A stretch of 63,979 bases of DNA, filler included, from Malassezia furfur (lineage: Eukaryota), in NCBI GenBank assembly GCA_052055015.1. It is 17 parts of 17 records of this genome, joined end to end, with 100 filler letters (N's around TTAATTAATTAA, not from the genome) between each part and the next. Parts side by side here need not be neighbours in the genome. Positions count along the whole stretch, not along the records: positions 23,087 to 26,820 come from JBQJIT010000736.1; positions 26,921 to 30,626 come from JBQJIT010000737.1; positions 30,727 to 34,431 come from JBQJIT010000738.1; positions 34,532 to 38,226 come from JBQJIT010000739.1; 13 more parts are not named here. The stretch is one strand, 5' to 3'. Below are positions 23,087 to 35,758 of the stretch, piece by piece. Below the pieces are notes generated by a model. It was not told the origin of the DNA and did not search any database. It worked only from the letters and a program-made list of their open reading frames with translations. The position numbers and the translations under genes were made by a program. Position 1 is the stretch's first letter. Each line of letters begins with the position of its first letter.

Positions 23087-25173
23087 CACGGCCACGACGG
23101 CGACCATGGCGTGGATGCCGGCACGAGCGGCGCAGCGGTACCGGCGCCGTCGTGCCGCGCACCCACCGCCGCGTTCGCCGGCGTGAGCGTACTCGGCTCT
23201 GGACGATCACGCTGCGTGTCCATCGCGTACATCGCCATCGCGACGGGGTCGTCGACCTCGTCCGCGGCCACATACACCACGTGGCCGTCGCGCGTGTGCG
23301 TCTGCAGCCGTCCGTGCGCGGCCAGGGCCTCGGCATCCGCACGCAGGTCCACACACCGCGCCGCATCCTCCGACACGCCGTGCACGCCGTGCGCCGGCTG
23401 CATCGCAGCACGCAGCGGCTCGAGCGCACCGAGGTCCGCGTCCTCCGGCAGGTGCCGCACGGCGCCGTGCGTGTCGTTGGGAAGCAGGTTGACGGCATCC
23501 GCGTACGTCGCCCACAGTGCATGTACACGCCCAGGCACGCTTGCGTACACGGCCGCAATGCGCGCGCGCCCGTCGGTATCGAGCGTGCCGAGGCCGAGCG
23601 CGTGCAGCTGTGCCTGGGCCGCGGCGCTCTGGGCGACGCACGCATCGAGCGTCGCGGCCTGCACACGCATCCACTTGCTGGCGATGCGCAGCGCGGGCAG
23701 GAGCCGCGCGAGGCCCGTGCGCCGCTCGGTGCCGAGCTCGTGCCGCGCGAGCGCCCACAGCGCGGCGAGCAGGCCGACAAGGTGCAGCGTACGCAGCGTC
23801 TGCGCCGCCGTATCGACGAGGCGTGCCGCGTCGGCGGCGACGGCGCCGGTGCTCAGCGGCGCGCGCGCTCGCCGCGCCTCACCCGCAGGGGCCTCGGCAC
23901 CGAGCCACACGGCGCATTGCGCAGACACCACCAAGCGCAGGTAGTCGGCGGCCCGCAGGCGCTGTGTCTCGGCGAGCGTCAAGAGGTGCCGCGTCAGGGC
24001 GTCGCTGACGAGCGCGGCGCAATCGAGCTCGGCGCGCTGCGCGAGCATCGCGTGCAGCAGCACCGCGGCATCGAGCCACTCGGCCTCGGACGCCCACGGC
24101 ACGCCGATCATGGGCAATGGCGCGCGGGCAGCTGCCGTGTCGACGAGCGCCGCGTGCCGCCACGCACGCAGCGCTTCGGTGCGCACCGCCGAGCCGTCCC
24201 ATGCGTGCAGCGCCTTGTCGAGCAGCTTATCGAGGTTCGTGCGCGCATGTGCAAATGGCACAGCAACGCATAGCGCGCGGTAGTACTGGTAAGCGGCGCC
24301 GAGCGTATCGCCCATGCACGTCGCTACGACTGCCAGCTGGTTCGCCGGATTGCCGTGGTCGAGCAGGAGGAGTTGCGCCTCGTGGTACAGCGCAAGTGCG
24401 CGCGTGTAGTCCGGTGCGCGTGGTTTGGCGTGCTGCATGCGTCGCGCCGCGAGTGCCGTCGGGACTGCCGTGTACTGCTCGCGGTAGCGCACGAGGTCGC
24501 CGCAGAAGGTGAGGATGCGCTGCAGCGTCTCGAGCAGCTGGTGGTGCTGCTCGGCATACAGCGGCTCGGCGTACGGCGCGAGACCTAGCGCGCCGCTCGA
24601 ATCGTCGCCTTGCGTGCCGCCTGCGCCGCGCTGCCGCTCTGTGTCGGTGTCGCGCAGGTGCAGACGGTGCAGCACGGGGCGTGCGTCACGCATGGCAAAT
24701 ACACGCACGAGCTGCACCGCAAGACGCTCCCAGGACACGAGCTCGGCATCGAGGAAGCGCCGAAAGTCGCGCCGCGCCCGCTCCCACTCGTGCATCTTGG
24801 CGCTGCGACGCTCGCTCTTGGGCGCCGCGCCGCGCTTCGAGGGGGCGTGCGGGGCGTCCTTTTCGAGACGCGCGATCTGCTCGCGGAACGCGGCAATCAC
24901 GACGTACGTGGTGTGGTTCCAAGCGAGCACATCTGCATTGCGCGCCTCGCGAGCCCACGGGCACGTAAACAGCAGGGACACGTAGGTGCGGCGCAGGGAG
25001 TCGCGTGCCAGCTGCACCTCCATGTCGAACGGCGCGGGCCCCGGGCGCGCGGTGCCGGTCTGTGTAAAGCGCAGCACTGAGTCGAAGCGCTGCTTCTGTA
25101 CAAGCGCATCGTGACGGAGCTGCGCGGCGCGCGCCGCGTCCGCCTCCGCCGCGTCGCTCTGCGGCGCGTGCAT
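23087..25173 (-). CDS. Est1/SMG5-7 (Ebs1-like) TPR-domain protein, 3' truncated
   Basis: GDLVRYRE, YHEAQLLLLDHGNPANQLAVVA and YQYYRALCVAVPFAHARTNL match the EST1 DNA/RNA-binding domain. Confidence 0.85.
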
Positions 25174-25280
25174 GTGCTGCGAAGAAGCCACACACGCCCC
25201 CGCGCGCCTCCACTACCACGTGACGCGCATTTTTTTGTGCGCGGTGCGAGAGCTCCCGGACTTCGCGAGCGGCGTCGGCG

Positions 25281-26820
25281 ATGTCGGACCCCTTCTTCCA
25301 GAAGAAGCGCAAGCGCGGCGCAGAGACGCGCAAGCGCGCGGCGCCCGCGCGCAGAGAGCATGAAGAGTCGGATGGAGAGGACGCGATGGGCGCGTTCGAC
25401 GACTTGGACCTGACGCACCGCTTCGACGACGCGAGCGACGACGAGGGCGCCGCGGTTGCCGAGACCCCAGCAGAGGCCAAGGTGCGCCTTGCGCGGCTCT
25501 ATCTCGAGGGCCTGCGTGACAAGGAGGAGGATGCAGACCTGCTGGAGGGCGCAGATGCCGCGGCCGCCGATCGCGAAAACATCGCGGCGCGCCTGCAAAA
25601 GGACGTGCAAGAGGCGGGCGGGCGTGTCCATGTGTTTGTCGCCCAGCGTTTACGTGCACCGGCAGCCGACGACATGCTGGCTCTGCACGGCCACCGCCTC
25701 GCGGTTACGGCAGCGCGCACAAGTGCGCGGAGCCCGTACCTCTTTTCCGCGGACAAGCAGGGGCGTATCGTGCAGTGGCGCCTGCGCGACGGGTGCCAGG
25801 TATGCGTCGTGCCGCGCCGCGCCGCGCACGCGAGCGAAGTGCATGCGGCGTCGCGCACGAGTGGCGCGGCACGCCGCCGCGAGCGCGAGCGGCGGCCGGG
25901 CAGCGCCTTCCAGGGCACACTGGCGCTCGGCGAGAACGAGGGACACAACGCCGAGGTGTATGCGCTCGCCGTGAGCGACGACGGCGCCCACCTTGTGTCT
26001 GGCGGGGGTGACCGCCGCATTGGCGTGTGGCGTGTGGGCGAGGCCGGCTCGCCATTACGCTGGGTGCGGGCGCTCACCGGGCACAAGGACGCGATCCGTG
26101 GCCTGGCGTTCCGTGGTGAGACACTCGAGCTGTTTAGTGCGTCGCTCGACCGCACCGTGAAGCTGTTTGACGTGTCGCAGCTGAGCTACATCGAGACACT
26201 CTTTGGGCACCAGGAGGCGATCGAGGATCTGAGCTGCCTGCGTGCGGAGCGCGCCGTGACCGCCGGCGGGCGCGAGCGGACGTGCCGGCTGTGGAAGATC
26301 CGCGAAGAGAGCCAGCTCGTGTTCCGCGGCGGAACGCGCAGCAAGGTGCAGGCGCTGCTCGAGGGCGGCGACCTGATTGATACCCATGACCAGAACGAGG
26401 TGCACGAAGGCAGCCTCGACTGCGTCGCGATGATTGACGACCACCACTTCGTGAGTGGCAGTGATGCCGGCACCCTGTCGCTTTGGTCGATCGCCAAGAA
26501 GAAGCCGCTCTTTTCGCTGCCTGCCGCGCACGGCTTCGACGTACGCACGAGCGAGACCGAGGGCGTGCAGCGCCGTGCACGCTACATCACGAGCGTCGCA
26601 GCACTGCCGTACGGCGACGTGTTTGCATCAGGGTCGTGGGACGGCGAAATCCGCGTGTGGGCACTGGACGCATCGCTGCAGCGCTTCGCGCCGCTCTTTA
26701 CCATTCCCGCGCACGGCGTCGTCAACTCGCTGCAGCTCGTCACGCCCACGATCGAACGCGCAGACGATTACCCGGTGTACCCGGGGCGTTGGCGGCGGCG
26801 CGGCGGCCTCGGCGCGCCGC
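25281..26820 (+). CDS. RRP9: U3 snoRNP WD40 protein Rrp9, 3' truncated
   Basis: MSDPFF start, ETPAEAKVRLARLYLE, SYIETLFGHQ, LWKIREESQLVFRGG and WSIAKKKPLF. Confidence 0.93.
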
Positions 26821-26920
26821 NNNNNNNNNNNNNNNNNNNNNNNNNNNNNNNNNNNNNNNNNNNNTTAATTAATTAANNNNNNNNNNNNNNNNNNNNNNNN
26901 NNNNNNNNNNNNNNNNNNNN

Positions 26921-27485
26921 CGCTGCGGCCCCGGCCGAGTCGAGCCCTGCCCCGGCTGAATCGAGCCCCGCCCCGGCCGCGAGCCCTGCCTCGGACGCGG
27001 CGCTCCCCAACCAGAAGATTGTGCGCAACATTGACTGCTCGTCCACCTTCAACCAGACCGGTGGTCTTACTGTAACGGTCAACGACGCCGACCCTCAGGC
27101 GGTCCAGATCTCGGAGAACAACGAGCTTGTCACTGGCGATGAGGCGGTGCAGCTCGTCTTCTCCGAGTGCGCCTCGTCGATCATGGGCACGAACGGCACC
27201 GGCGCCATCCACTTTGGTCTGCTGTCGCCCTCGGACGCTGTCAAGGACACGTGTGTTCGCATTGCTGCGCTCGCCCAGCCCGACCAGCACTTCACGACGG
27301 AGAACTGCTCTATGGCGGATGACTCGTCGCAGATGACGCAGTTCTGGCAGCTCGACGCCGACAAGAAGACCCTCAACTTTGTCGGCCGTATCGGTGGCGC
27401 GAACCCTTACGCGCTCGGCGTGACGGACAACTTCATCACGGCGTCTCCCAACGGCACTGCCGGCACGATCCTCAACCTCCAGTAA
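26921..27485 (+). CDS. Hypothetical, probably extracellular protein: APAESS linker repeats followed by a Cys-containing beta-rich (ricin-B-like?) domain; 5' truncated
   Basis: Frame open from 26922 with strong codon bias; C-x..C pairs and a QFWQ motif. Confidence 0.6.
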
Positions 27486-27570
27486 ATGTCTCGCGTTGTG
27501 TGTTGTTCATTCTTTGTGAATGACCCGTAGTCTATGTTCCATGTTGCAGCCTATCCCCGTCGTTACCAAC

Positions 27571-28937
27571 CTAATCAAAGGGAATTCGTCGCAATGGTTT
27601 GGCCGGACCGCGCTTGGCCTTCTCGGCGGCGGCAAAGGCGCTAGGGATCGGGATGCCACAGCAGTCGCCCCACCCGGCCGCCTGGCCCTCGCCATGACCA
27701 TGACCATGGCCGTGTCCACATGCAGGGCCATGCGCGTGGCCATTCGCGCCCGCCACATCCGCTTCGGTGGGAGTAGAAGCGGCGGCGTCGAGCTCGTGGG
27801 TATGCGTGTGGTCCGCCTCGTCCTCTGGCACGCCGAAGTCGAGCAGGGTACCGAAGAAAATGTGCTGGGCGATGGGTAGCTTAAGCAGCACCTCGCTGCG
27901 GTACATCTTCGCCATGCCCTCGTTGACTTTGGACCATGTCTTGACACTCGAGATGTCGTCGAGCATGGGCGAGTGCCACCGTAGCGACTCGGTTTTGACA
28001 GCGTTGATGGACTGGATGCAGGAAAAGTACATGTACTTGGGCGCGTTGTCGTCCACCAACTCTTCGTCGTGGATGCTGCTGGGGCGCAAGAAGCGGTGGT
28101 TGTACAGCTGCGACGAGCCAAAGAGGAAAGGCAAAAAGTGGTAGTCGTCCAAACCCCACACACCGTGGCTGCCCGCGGGCTCGAGCCAGTATTCAGCCTC
28201 AATAACGCGCATCAGCTCAATGTACTGCCAGAAGATGCGCAGCACTAGCGCCGGCGCATCGCGTGGCAGCTCCAGGATGCCAAGCTTGACGAGGAGCAGC
28301 AGCCAGCACAAAAAGTTGAGTTCCATGCCGCTGCCATAGTCGATGCGGCCCGCGTTGCCCCAGCTCTCCTGCAAGTAGATGGCGAGCTCGTCGCGCGCGC
28401 GACGGTGCTGTGTTGCGCCAGGCTCCGTTTCGCGCAGGCTGGGGAAGAGCTGCAGGAGGCCGTCGATGGCATGCTGCAGCTTGGTGTAGAAGGTACGGAA
28501 CTCGGGGTTGCCGAAGCGTGATGTGGATGCCGCTGTGGTGCTCCGTGGTGTGTCTTTCACGATCTGGGCTACGCGCGCAAGGATCTCGTGGATGGTTTTT
28601 ACCGCCTGCGTGAGTAGGCGCGACGTACCTCGCTTTCTTCCACATCATCCTTCAAAGAGCGGTCCCGCGCGCCGTCATTCAGTGCGCGGAGCATACCCAA
28701 AATCTCGGCAAACGCGGGAGACGCCTGGAAGCGGTCCATGTCTTCGGGCGCCACGATGCGCTTGTGCGGAATGCGTGGCGCCCACTGAGGGTGCATGACG
28801 ACCACCGGGGGCGCAGCACCCTTGAACGGGTCCTTGGGCCCAGGAGCAGTCGGTTGGGGCGCCGGAGGCGCGGGTATCTCTTCGGTGCGCTTGCTGCGTA
28901 GCTTGTTGGCCAGTGCCACACGCGCGTCTTCTTGCAT
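27571..28937 (-). CDS. RRD2: PP2A phosphatase activator (PTPA) Rrd2/Ypa2; 23-nt intron 28606-28628
   Basis: SRFGNPEFR, SWGNAGRIDYGSGMELNF, YWLEPAGSHGVWGLDDYHFLPFLFGS, LRWHSPMLDDIS and C-terminal IPFD. Confidence 0.92.
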
Positions 28938-29009
28938 GGTGTCGTCTGGGGCAAAGCTCCACATGGAAATGCGGCGAATTAGGCCGGGCCGTGCGCGCGT
29001 GCTTCTTCG

Positions 29010-30551
29010 ATGGCGCCCGACGCACTCACCGAGGTGTGTGACGAGGTGGTCGCGCGCTACCTTGCGCACCAAGGACACACGCACGTCCTCGAGGCATTTC
29101 AACAGGCCGTAAAACGCAATGATCTGTCCACTGAGCAGTTTAAGGATGTTGCGCGCGACTTGCGTACGCTCGTCGAGCAGAGCCAGTCGATAGCGTCGGC
29201 ACAGGCGCTCTCGCGTCTGCAGCTCGAAGAGACGGACGCAGACGACCTCGATGGTATTGTGGCCAATGCACAGGCTGCAGACCAAGCGGAGTACACGCTC
29301 GACAAGACCATCGAGCATCTGCACCACTCGAATCTGCTCTCGATTCGAGCCGTGCAGGTGCCCGAGCGCAGCGGCTCAGCGTGGACGCTGCGCGAGGGTG
29401 TCGCGACGACGGGCGCCGACAAGCTGATCGTGTTCAGCGATCCGCACTCGGGCGAGGTCCTTGCGATCCTCGACAAGCCGAGTCAGCCGACGCCGAGCGG
29501 CGCCGTCGGCCACGACTCGGCGGTGCTGGATGTGTCCCAGAACCCAAAGCATCCGCGGTACGTGGCATCGGCGGGTATGGATGGCCGCGTGGTGGTGTGG
29601 GACTTGGTAGGTCGCGCAACTTGACTCACACAGCACATCGCACAACCTGTGCAGACGCTCAAGGAACACGCGCGCTTTGTCGTGCGCGTCGCCCACAGCC
29701 CATGCGGCACGTTTCTCGCCTCGGCGGGGTACGATAAGAAGGTGGTTGTGTACCGTGTGACGCGCCAGAGCGACGAGCTGATGTACGCCAAGGTGCACGA
29801 GATTGTGCTTGGGGCGAACCCCGAGGCACTGGTGTTTGTGGTTGGGCCGAGTGCACCGCCTGCGCCCGGGCACGAGTTGGGTGTGCCGCGCCGCGCATGG
29901 CTCGTGTTCACCGAGCGCGGCCACGTTGACCTAACGTACGTGGCACTGCCCGCGCCGGATCTCGAGGAAGGCGCGGCACCCGACTTTACGACTGTCAAGT
30001 ACAACACGAATCCGGACCCCGACGACCACCATGCGGGCTACTCGCTGCTGGACCTGTCGCTGCACCCGTCCGGGCACTACATCTGTGCGCAGACGGGCGA
30101 CCATGCGGCGCTGCAGCGTGAGTCGCCGACGGGCCAGCCGGTATCGATTGGGGGAACCACGCTCGGCGATACGCTCTCGCGTCTCCTGGTGCTGCCTCTT
30201 TTTTCGTCGTTCCGGCGGCTCACGCTATGGACCGAGGCGCCCTCATCGACGTTCTCGAACCCGCGGCACGCGTGGCGTACCGAGGGCGATGCAGCGTGGG
30301 TCACCGGCGAGGACGGCGTGCTGCGCCTCGTTGGGGTCGACGGCGAGCTCAAGGCGCGTGTGCCGGCGCATGGGCAGCTGCGGCCGATCGACTCGACGTC
30401 GCAGCGCGCGCGCGATGCGGCCGCGGCTGCGGCGTGGGTGCGTGGCGGAAACACGGTGATTAAAGGCGTAGCGGTCTTGCCCGACGGCGGCGTGGCAAGC
30501 TGTGGCTTTGACCGCACGGTGCGCGTGCTACGGCCTAGCGCGTCTTCATAG
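29010..30551 (+). CDS. LisH-like plus WD40-repeat protein; 27-nt intron 29607-29633
   Basis: VVARYLAHQGHTHVLEAF, GH..SAGMDGRVVVWD, LASAGYDKKV and SCGFDRTVRV; splicing joins ORFs 29010 and 29649 in frame. Confidence 0.8.
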
Positions 30552-30571
30552 GTGACTCTGCAGCCTGCTGC

Positions 30572-30573
<2 letters not shown>

Positions 30574-30626
<53 letters not shown>
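30574..30626 (+). repeat. Poly(T) tract of 53 nt at the contig end
   Basis: Read directly from the sequence. Confidence 0.95.
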
Positions 30627-30726
30627 NNNNNNNNNNNNNNNNNNNNNNNNNNNNNNNNNNNNNNNNNNNNTTAATTAATTAANNNNNNNNNNNNNNNNNN
30701 NNNNNNNNNNNNNNNNNNNNNNNNNN

Positions 30727-32257
30727 CCCGCCCGTGGCGCCGCCGACGCCCGGCGTCGTGCGCAGCAGCTCGCGGCGCGCGACGGTGCAGTCCAAAATCA
30801 AGACACAGACCAAGCTGCAAGAGGCCGAGGAGCGCCGTGCATCGGTCCGCGCGCGGCCTGTGCGCAAGCGTGCCAAGTTTTTGACGCAGGACGCGCTCAT
30901 CTCCGAGGCACTCGAGACCGAGGAGGAAAACATCCAGAGTTTGCACCGCTTCCTGGCCCAGGAAGAGGAGCGAAAGGCACGCCAGCGCGCCTCGGGGAAA
31001 AAGGGGATCGAAGGGCCCTTTTTGCGCTGGGTCAGTGTGGGCCTGTCGCAGAGCGTGTTTACGATCCGCGCGCAGCAAAAGGAGGCCGAAGCGCGCGCGG
31101 CCGCTGCCGCACGCGCTGAGCAGGCCGAGCGCGAGCGTGTGCAGGCCGAAAAGGAGCAAGCAGAGCGTGAGGCCGCCCAGGCACAGGCCGAACGCGAGGC
31201 GGCTGCCTCTGGCGAGATTGTCCCTAAGACAGGGGAGGCCGGCGTGCCTGGCGAAGCGACGAGCGATGCAGCAGGCGCGCCGGCGGTTTCGGCAGAAGCG
31301 GCACCCGGAGCGGCGGTGGCCGCCGGGATGGCGGCTCCCGAAGCAGCAGGCGCCAGTGCGACTGCCCCCGAGGCGGCCGCTCCCGCGGCGTCTGCCCCTC
31401 AGGCTGCCGCTCCAGCAGTGACTGCCCCTGAGGCGGGTGCTCCGGCAGCGACTGTCCCCGAGGCGGCCGCTCCGGCGGCGACTGCTCCGGCGGCTGCCCC
31501 CGAGGCGGCTGCTCTGGCGGCGGCTGCCCCCCAGACGTCAGCGCCATCCGCTCCATCCGACACTGCGTCGCCTGCACCGGCGTCGGCGCCCGAGCCGCTG
31601 GCGCCCGCACAGTCCGCAGTCGGGCCGTCTCAAGCCGAGGCGCCCGCCACGGGCTTGGCAGGCCCGTCGGAGGCCAAAGTTTCGGCCTCCCCCGCATCGA
31701 CGCCGGCGCCACAGGCCGAGACGGTGTCCGGGACGCCTGCCTCACCACGATCCGCATCGCCCATGCCGTCGACGGGCCCAGCCGAGACATCGGCTGGGGC
31801 GCACGACCCGTCCGATGCGGCAGAGACAGGGGCAGCGGCGCCCGACACGCCATCGGTGCCCGCCGAGCCGCTGGACTACGACGTGACGGCCCGTACGCTG
31901 TTGTCGCTGTGCAATCTTGCGCCCAACACGACGTGGCCCGAGGAGTTTCGGCTGCTCCTCGGCGACCACTGCGAGTGGGACCGGCTGCCGGTTGTGCCCT
32001 CGCGCAATCGGCCGTTCCGTCCGCGGCAAAGTACGTGCGTGATCACCGGTCTGCCGGCGCGCTACCGCGACCCGGTGACGGGCGTGGCGTATGCGACCAA
32101 AGAGGCGTTCCATACGCTGCGCCGCGTGCTGCACAACGAGTACCGCTGGACGGGGTCGGAGACGCGCACCCTGCCCATGTCGACGGGCTGCTACGTAGCG
32201 CGTATGGACGATGCGGGCGCGGCAGGTGTGTTTGCCGAGGCGCAGCGCCGTACATAG
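30727..32257 (+). CDS. VPS72: SWR1 complex subunit Vps72/Swc2/YL1, 5' truncated
   Basis: LTQDALISEALETEEEN and the YL1_C motif CVITGLPARYRDPVTGVAYATKEAF, separated by an Ala/Pro-rich insert. Confidence 0.85.
31327..31530 (+). repeat. 30-bp coding minisatellite (TAPEAAAPAA-like units) in VPS72
   Basis: About 6 degenerate copies of actgcccccgaggcggccgctcc. Confidence 0.7.
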
Positions 32258-32739
32258 ATCATGATACCCTGTAGAGAGCGAGACTGTCGCTAGGCACGAT
32301 GTGGGTGCGGCGCGCCAAGCTGCGCCGAAGTGCGTGCACTGCGGGGTGCATTGCTAGGCCGTGTGCCTGACACGGCTGTCTGTGGGTGTGCCGAGTACGC
32401 AGCGAGGTGCATCCAGTCTATCAAGCTACAAGGGTGCGCGGCGCGAGACCTGTGCGGCCGGCGCTCCGCTGGACCGTGCGAGACTTACGCGCGCGGTGCG
32501 ACGGCCGCCGTACGGCGGCTCCAACGCGACCGGCGAGGCGCCTGCGTATACGTGTGAATGATAGCTGATCTCCCCACATCTCCCCACACCCCTGCCTGAG
32601 TGGCCTGATGTGGGACCTGTGCGTGTGCCGCACGGCCCCTCACGGCCCCCACGGCGTGGTGCGATCGATAGGAGCGTGGGGTCGTCCCGTGTGGGGCCGT
32701 GATGCATCGCACCCATTTTGCGGAGGGCCCGTTCCCAGT

Positions 32740-33140
32740 CACGTCACTTTACGCGGTGCGCGACGTGTCGCAGTGACACTGCACGCAAGTACGTCGCGAT
32801 CGATTGATGCGTTGCGCGCTCGGCCCAGCTGCATCCCGGCGCGGTGCGCCCTGGCGCGGATTGGCCTAGGGGGCGCGCGGCGTGGCGCGGCGCGACGCGT
32901 CGGTAGAGCCTCGAAGCGCGTCGCGGCGCCAGGTGATTGGTGTGAGCGATCGCGGTTCCGCCAAATGGGCGAATCAGACGCGCACATCGCCACGCGGTTC
33001 ACGCTGATTTAAATGGCACGCGCGCGCCGACGCGTTGCCGGCCGACGGGTTGCCACCGCGTGCGACGGGCGACTCTGAACGTATATATTCTGCGCGTCGC
33101 GACCCGACCCAACCATCCACCAACCGCGCTCTTCCCTGCC
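32740..33140 (+). promoter_or_regulatory. RNR2 promoter with MCB-like ACGCGT boxes (32895, 33030), inverted CCAAT boxes and TATATA (about 33082)
   Basis: Motifs read directly. MCB control of fungal RNR genes is established, but CG-rich hexamers are common in this genome. Confidence 0.45.
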
Positions 33141-34319
33141 ATGTCTGTGACCGCGACTCCCTCGAAGAAGGTTGCTGAGAGCTTTTCCAAGATTGACATG
33201 AGTGCCTCGCCTACGAAGAAGGAGCAGGCGAAGGCTGCCGGCGTGAAGGAGGAGGAGGAGACCGAGGTCGTCTCGGCGAACCCCGACGAGGTGTACGGCA
33301 AGTTTGTGGGTGAGGTGGACATGGACGAGGAGGACGAGCCGCTGCTGGTCGAGAACAAGCGCCGCTTTGTCCTGTTTCCCATCCGCTACCACGAGATTTG
33401 GCAAATGTACAAGAAGGCCGAGGCGTCGTTCTGGACCGCCGAGGAGATTGACCTGTCCAAGGACCTGCACGACTGGGACAACCGCCTGAACGACAACGAG
33501 CGCCACTTTATTAGCCACGTCCTTGCGTTCTTTGCGGCATCGGACGGGATTGTCAACGAGAACCTTTTGGAACGCTTTAGCTCCGAGGTGCAGGCCGCCG
33601 AGGCGCGCTGCTTTTACGGTTTCCAGATCATGATTGAGAACATCCACTCGGAGACCTACTCGCTGCTCATTGACACGTACATCCGCGAGCCGGAGCAGCG
33701 CGACTTTTTGTTCAATGCGATTGAGACGATCCCGGTGGTGAAGCAGAAGGCCGAGTGGGCGCTGCGCTGGATCAGCGACCGCCGTGCGTCGTTCTCGGAG
33801 CGCCTTGTGGCGTTTGCCGCCGTGGAGGGCATCTTCTTCTCGGGCTCGTTTGCCTCGATCTTCTGGCTGAAGAAGCGCGGTCTGATGCCCGGCCTGTCGT
33901 TCTCGAACGAGCTCATCTCGCGTGACGAGGGTCTGCACACCGACTTTGCGTGCCTGCTGTTTGGCCACCTCAAGAAGCGCGCGCACCCCGACACGGTGAA
34001 CCGCATCATTACCGAGGCGGTGGCGATTGAGCAAGACTTCCTTTCCGACGCGCTGCCCGTGTCGCTGATTGGCATGAATGCGCGCCTGATGTGCCAGTAC
34101 ATTGAGTTTGTGGCGGACCGCCTGCTCGTGGCGCTGGGCAACCCGAAGCACTACAACGCGACGAACCCCTTCGACTTTATGGAGAATATTTCGCTGCAGG
34201 GCAAGTCGAACTTTTTCGAGCGCAAGGTCGGCGACTATGCCAAGGCCGGCGTCGCGCGGCCCGACGAGGAAGAGGCGCAGCAGGCCTCGCACTCCTTCTC
34301 GCTCGAGGAGGACTTTTAA
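33141..34319 (+). CDS. RNR2: Ribonucleotide reductase small subunit
   Basis: [50 protein letters not shown] and C-terminal FSLEEDF. Confidence 0.98.
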   Translation: MSVTATPSKKVAESFSKIDMSASPTKKEQAKAAGVKEEEETEVVSANPDEVYGKFVGEVDMDEEDEPLLVENKRRFVLFPIRYHEIWQMYKKAEASFWTAEEIDLSKDLHDWDNRLNDNERHFISHVLAFFAASDGIVNENLLERFSSEVQAAEARCFYGFQIMIENIHSETYSLLIDTYIREPEQRDFLFNAIETIPVVKQKAEWALRWISDRRASFSERLVAFAAVEGIFFSGSFASIFWLKKRGLMPGLSFSNELISRDEGLHTDFACLLFGHLKKRAHPDTVNRIITEAVAIEQDFLSDALPVSLIGMNARLMCQYIEFVADRLLVALGNPKHYNATNPFDFMENISLQGKSNFFERKVGDYAKAGVARPDEEEAQQASHSFSLEEDF

Positions 34320-34531
34320 TTTGCTGTACTGGGCTATACATGACGATAGATTTGATGCATACGAGATTCCCGAACATGGCTCCTACGGCGCGCGAGCGAC
34401 AGCGGCCGGGTGCGGCGCGCGGCGCGGCGCGNNNNNNNNNNNNNNNNNNNNNNNNNNNNNNNNNNNNNNNNNNNNTTAATTAATTAANNNNNNNNNNNNN
34501 NNNNNNNNNNNNNNNNNNNNNNNNNNNNNNN

Positions 34532-35096
34532 ACAGCGACACGATATAGTTGCCGTGGTTCGACATCTGCGGGGGGTGCGGCATCGGGATGGAGCCCTTCT
34601 CGGTGAGGAACACCATCTGGTCCTGCGTCGCCTCTTGGTTCAGCGGCGCGCCCTTTTCCTTCCAGTCGGGGATGAGCTCGTTGAGCGCGCGCGGCTCAAT
34701 CACCGCGCCCGACAGGATATGATTCCCGACCTCGGCGCCCTTCTCCAGTACCACAACACGGATCTCCTCGCCCTTGGCCTCGGCGAGCTGCTTGATTTTG
34801 ATCGCAGCGCTCAGACCCGCGGGGCCGGCACCGACAATGAGCACATCGACCTCGTCAACGACGCGCTCCTCAGCCTCGGGCATCGCGTCCTCCTCCTGCG
34901 TCTCCTCCTCACGGAGAGCCGAGTTGCTGTGGAAAGTGCGCGCACGCATCGCCCACGCCGCGGGGACCGGCGCCGCGCACGCACCCTTCGGCAGCAGCGC
35001 ACGGCCCTGCGCGGCGCCGAGCTTTCCAAGAGTGGCACGCTGCCTAGCGGCAGACGTGCGTGCAATGCGAGCGAACTGTCGAGCCAGCAAGACCAT
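34532..35096 (-). CDS. CIR2: Electron transfer flavoprotein-ubiquinone oxidoreductase, 5' part
   Basis: Mitochondrial presequence, [35 protein letters not shown] and [13 protein letters not shown]. Confidence 0.93.
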
Positions 35097-35758
35097 CCTG
35101 CTTTCTCGAAACTCGCTAGGATGCGGAGAAGAGCCCGCCGAGGGCGCGCACTTAACCGGTACGGGCGCACCTCCATTCGATTTCCGCCCAATCACTGCAC
35201 GGCTATAAACAATCCACCCGTAGCGTCCCTAAGTCGGCCGAGTGCGTCCCCGCTGACAAACCGGGGGACGGCCGCAGCACCCAGGGACGGAGGCACCCTA
35301 AAAACGCGCGCGCATGCGGCGAAGATCTGCACCGTAGATCTGCAAGCCTGCAGAAGAAGCCCTGCAGCTGTTTGCATCGCAGCACAGGCCCCAAGCACAG
35401 AACAACACACACCCACACACACACGCAGACACAATGAGATAGTATATCGTATTCATCAAATTTCCAGTTACCATAACTCGTATAAACACCATTGCCTAGC
35501 AGGCCAATGGGTCCCTAAAAAAAAGTATGCGCTTTAACAATGCTCCTCGGCGCACCAGCACAAGAGGAGCAGAAAGTAGATCAGAAATCGAAATTGTAAA
35601 ACATTTTTGGGATGCGATGTACATCGATAACATATCCGATGTACTCATGCCCTGTCATAAAAGATCAACGAAGCCAGTCGTGATCCTTTTCCCTTTTTGT
35701 ACCACTCTTGACGTTTCATAGCAGTAAAAAGAAAGAGCGTTTATCATGGACAACCCAT

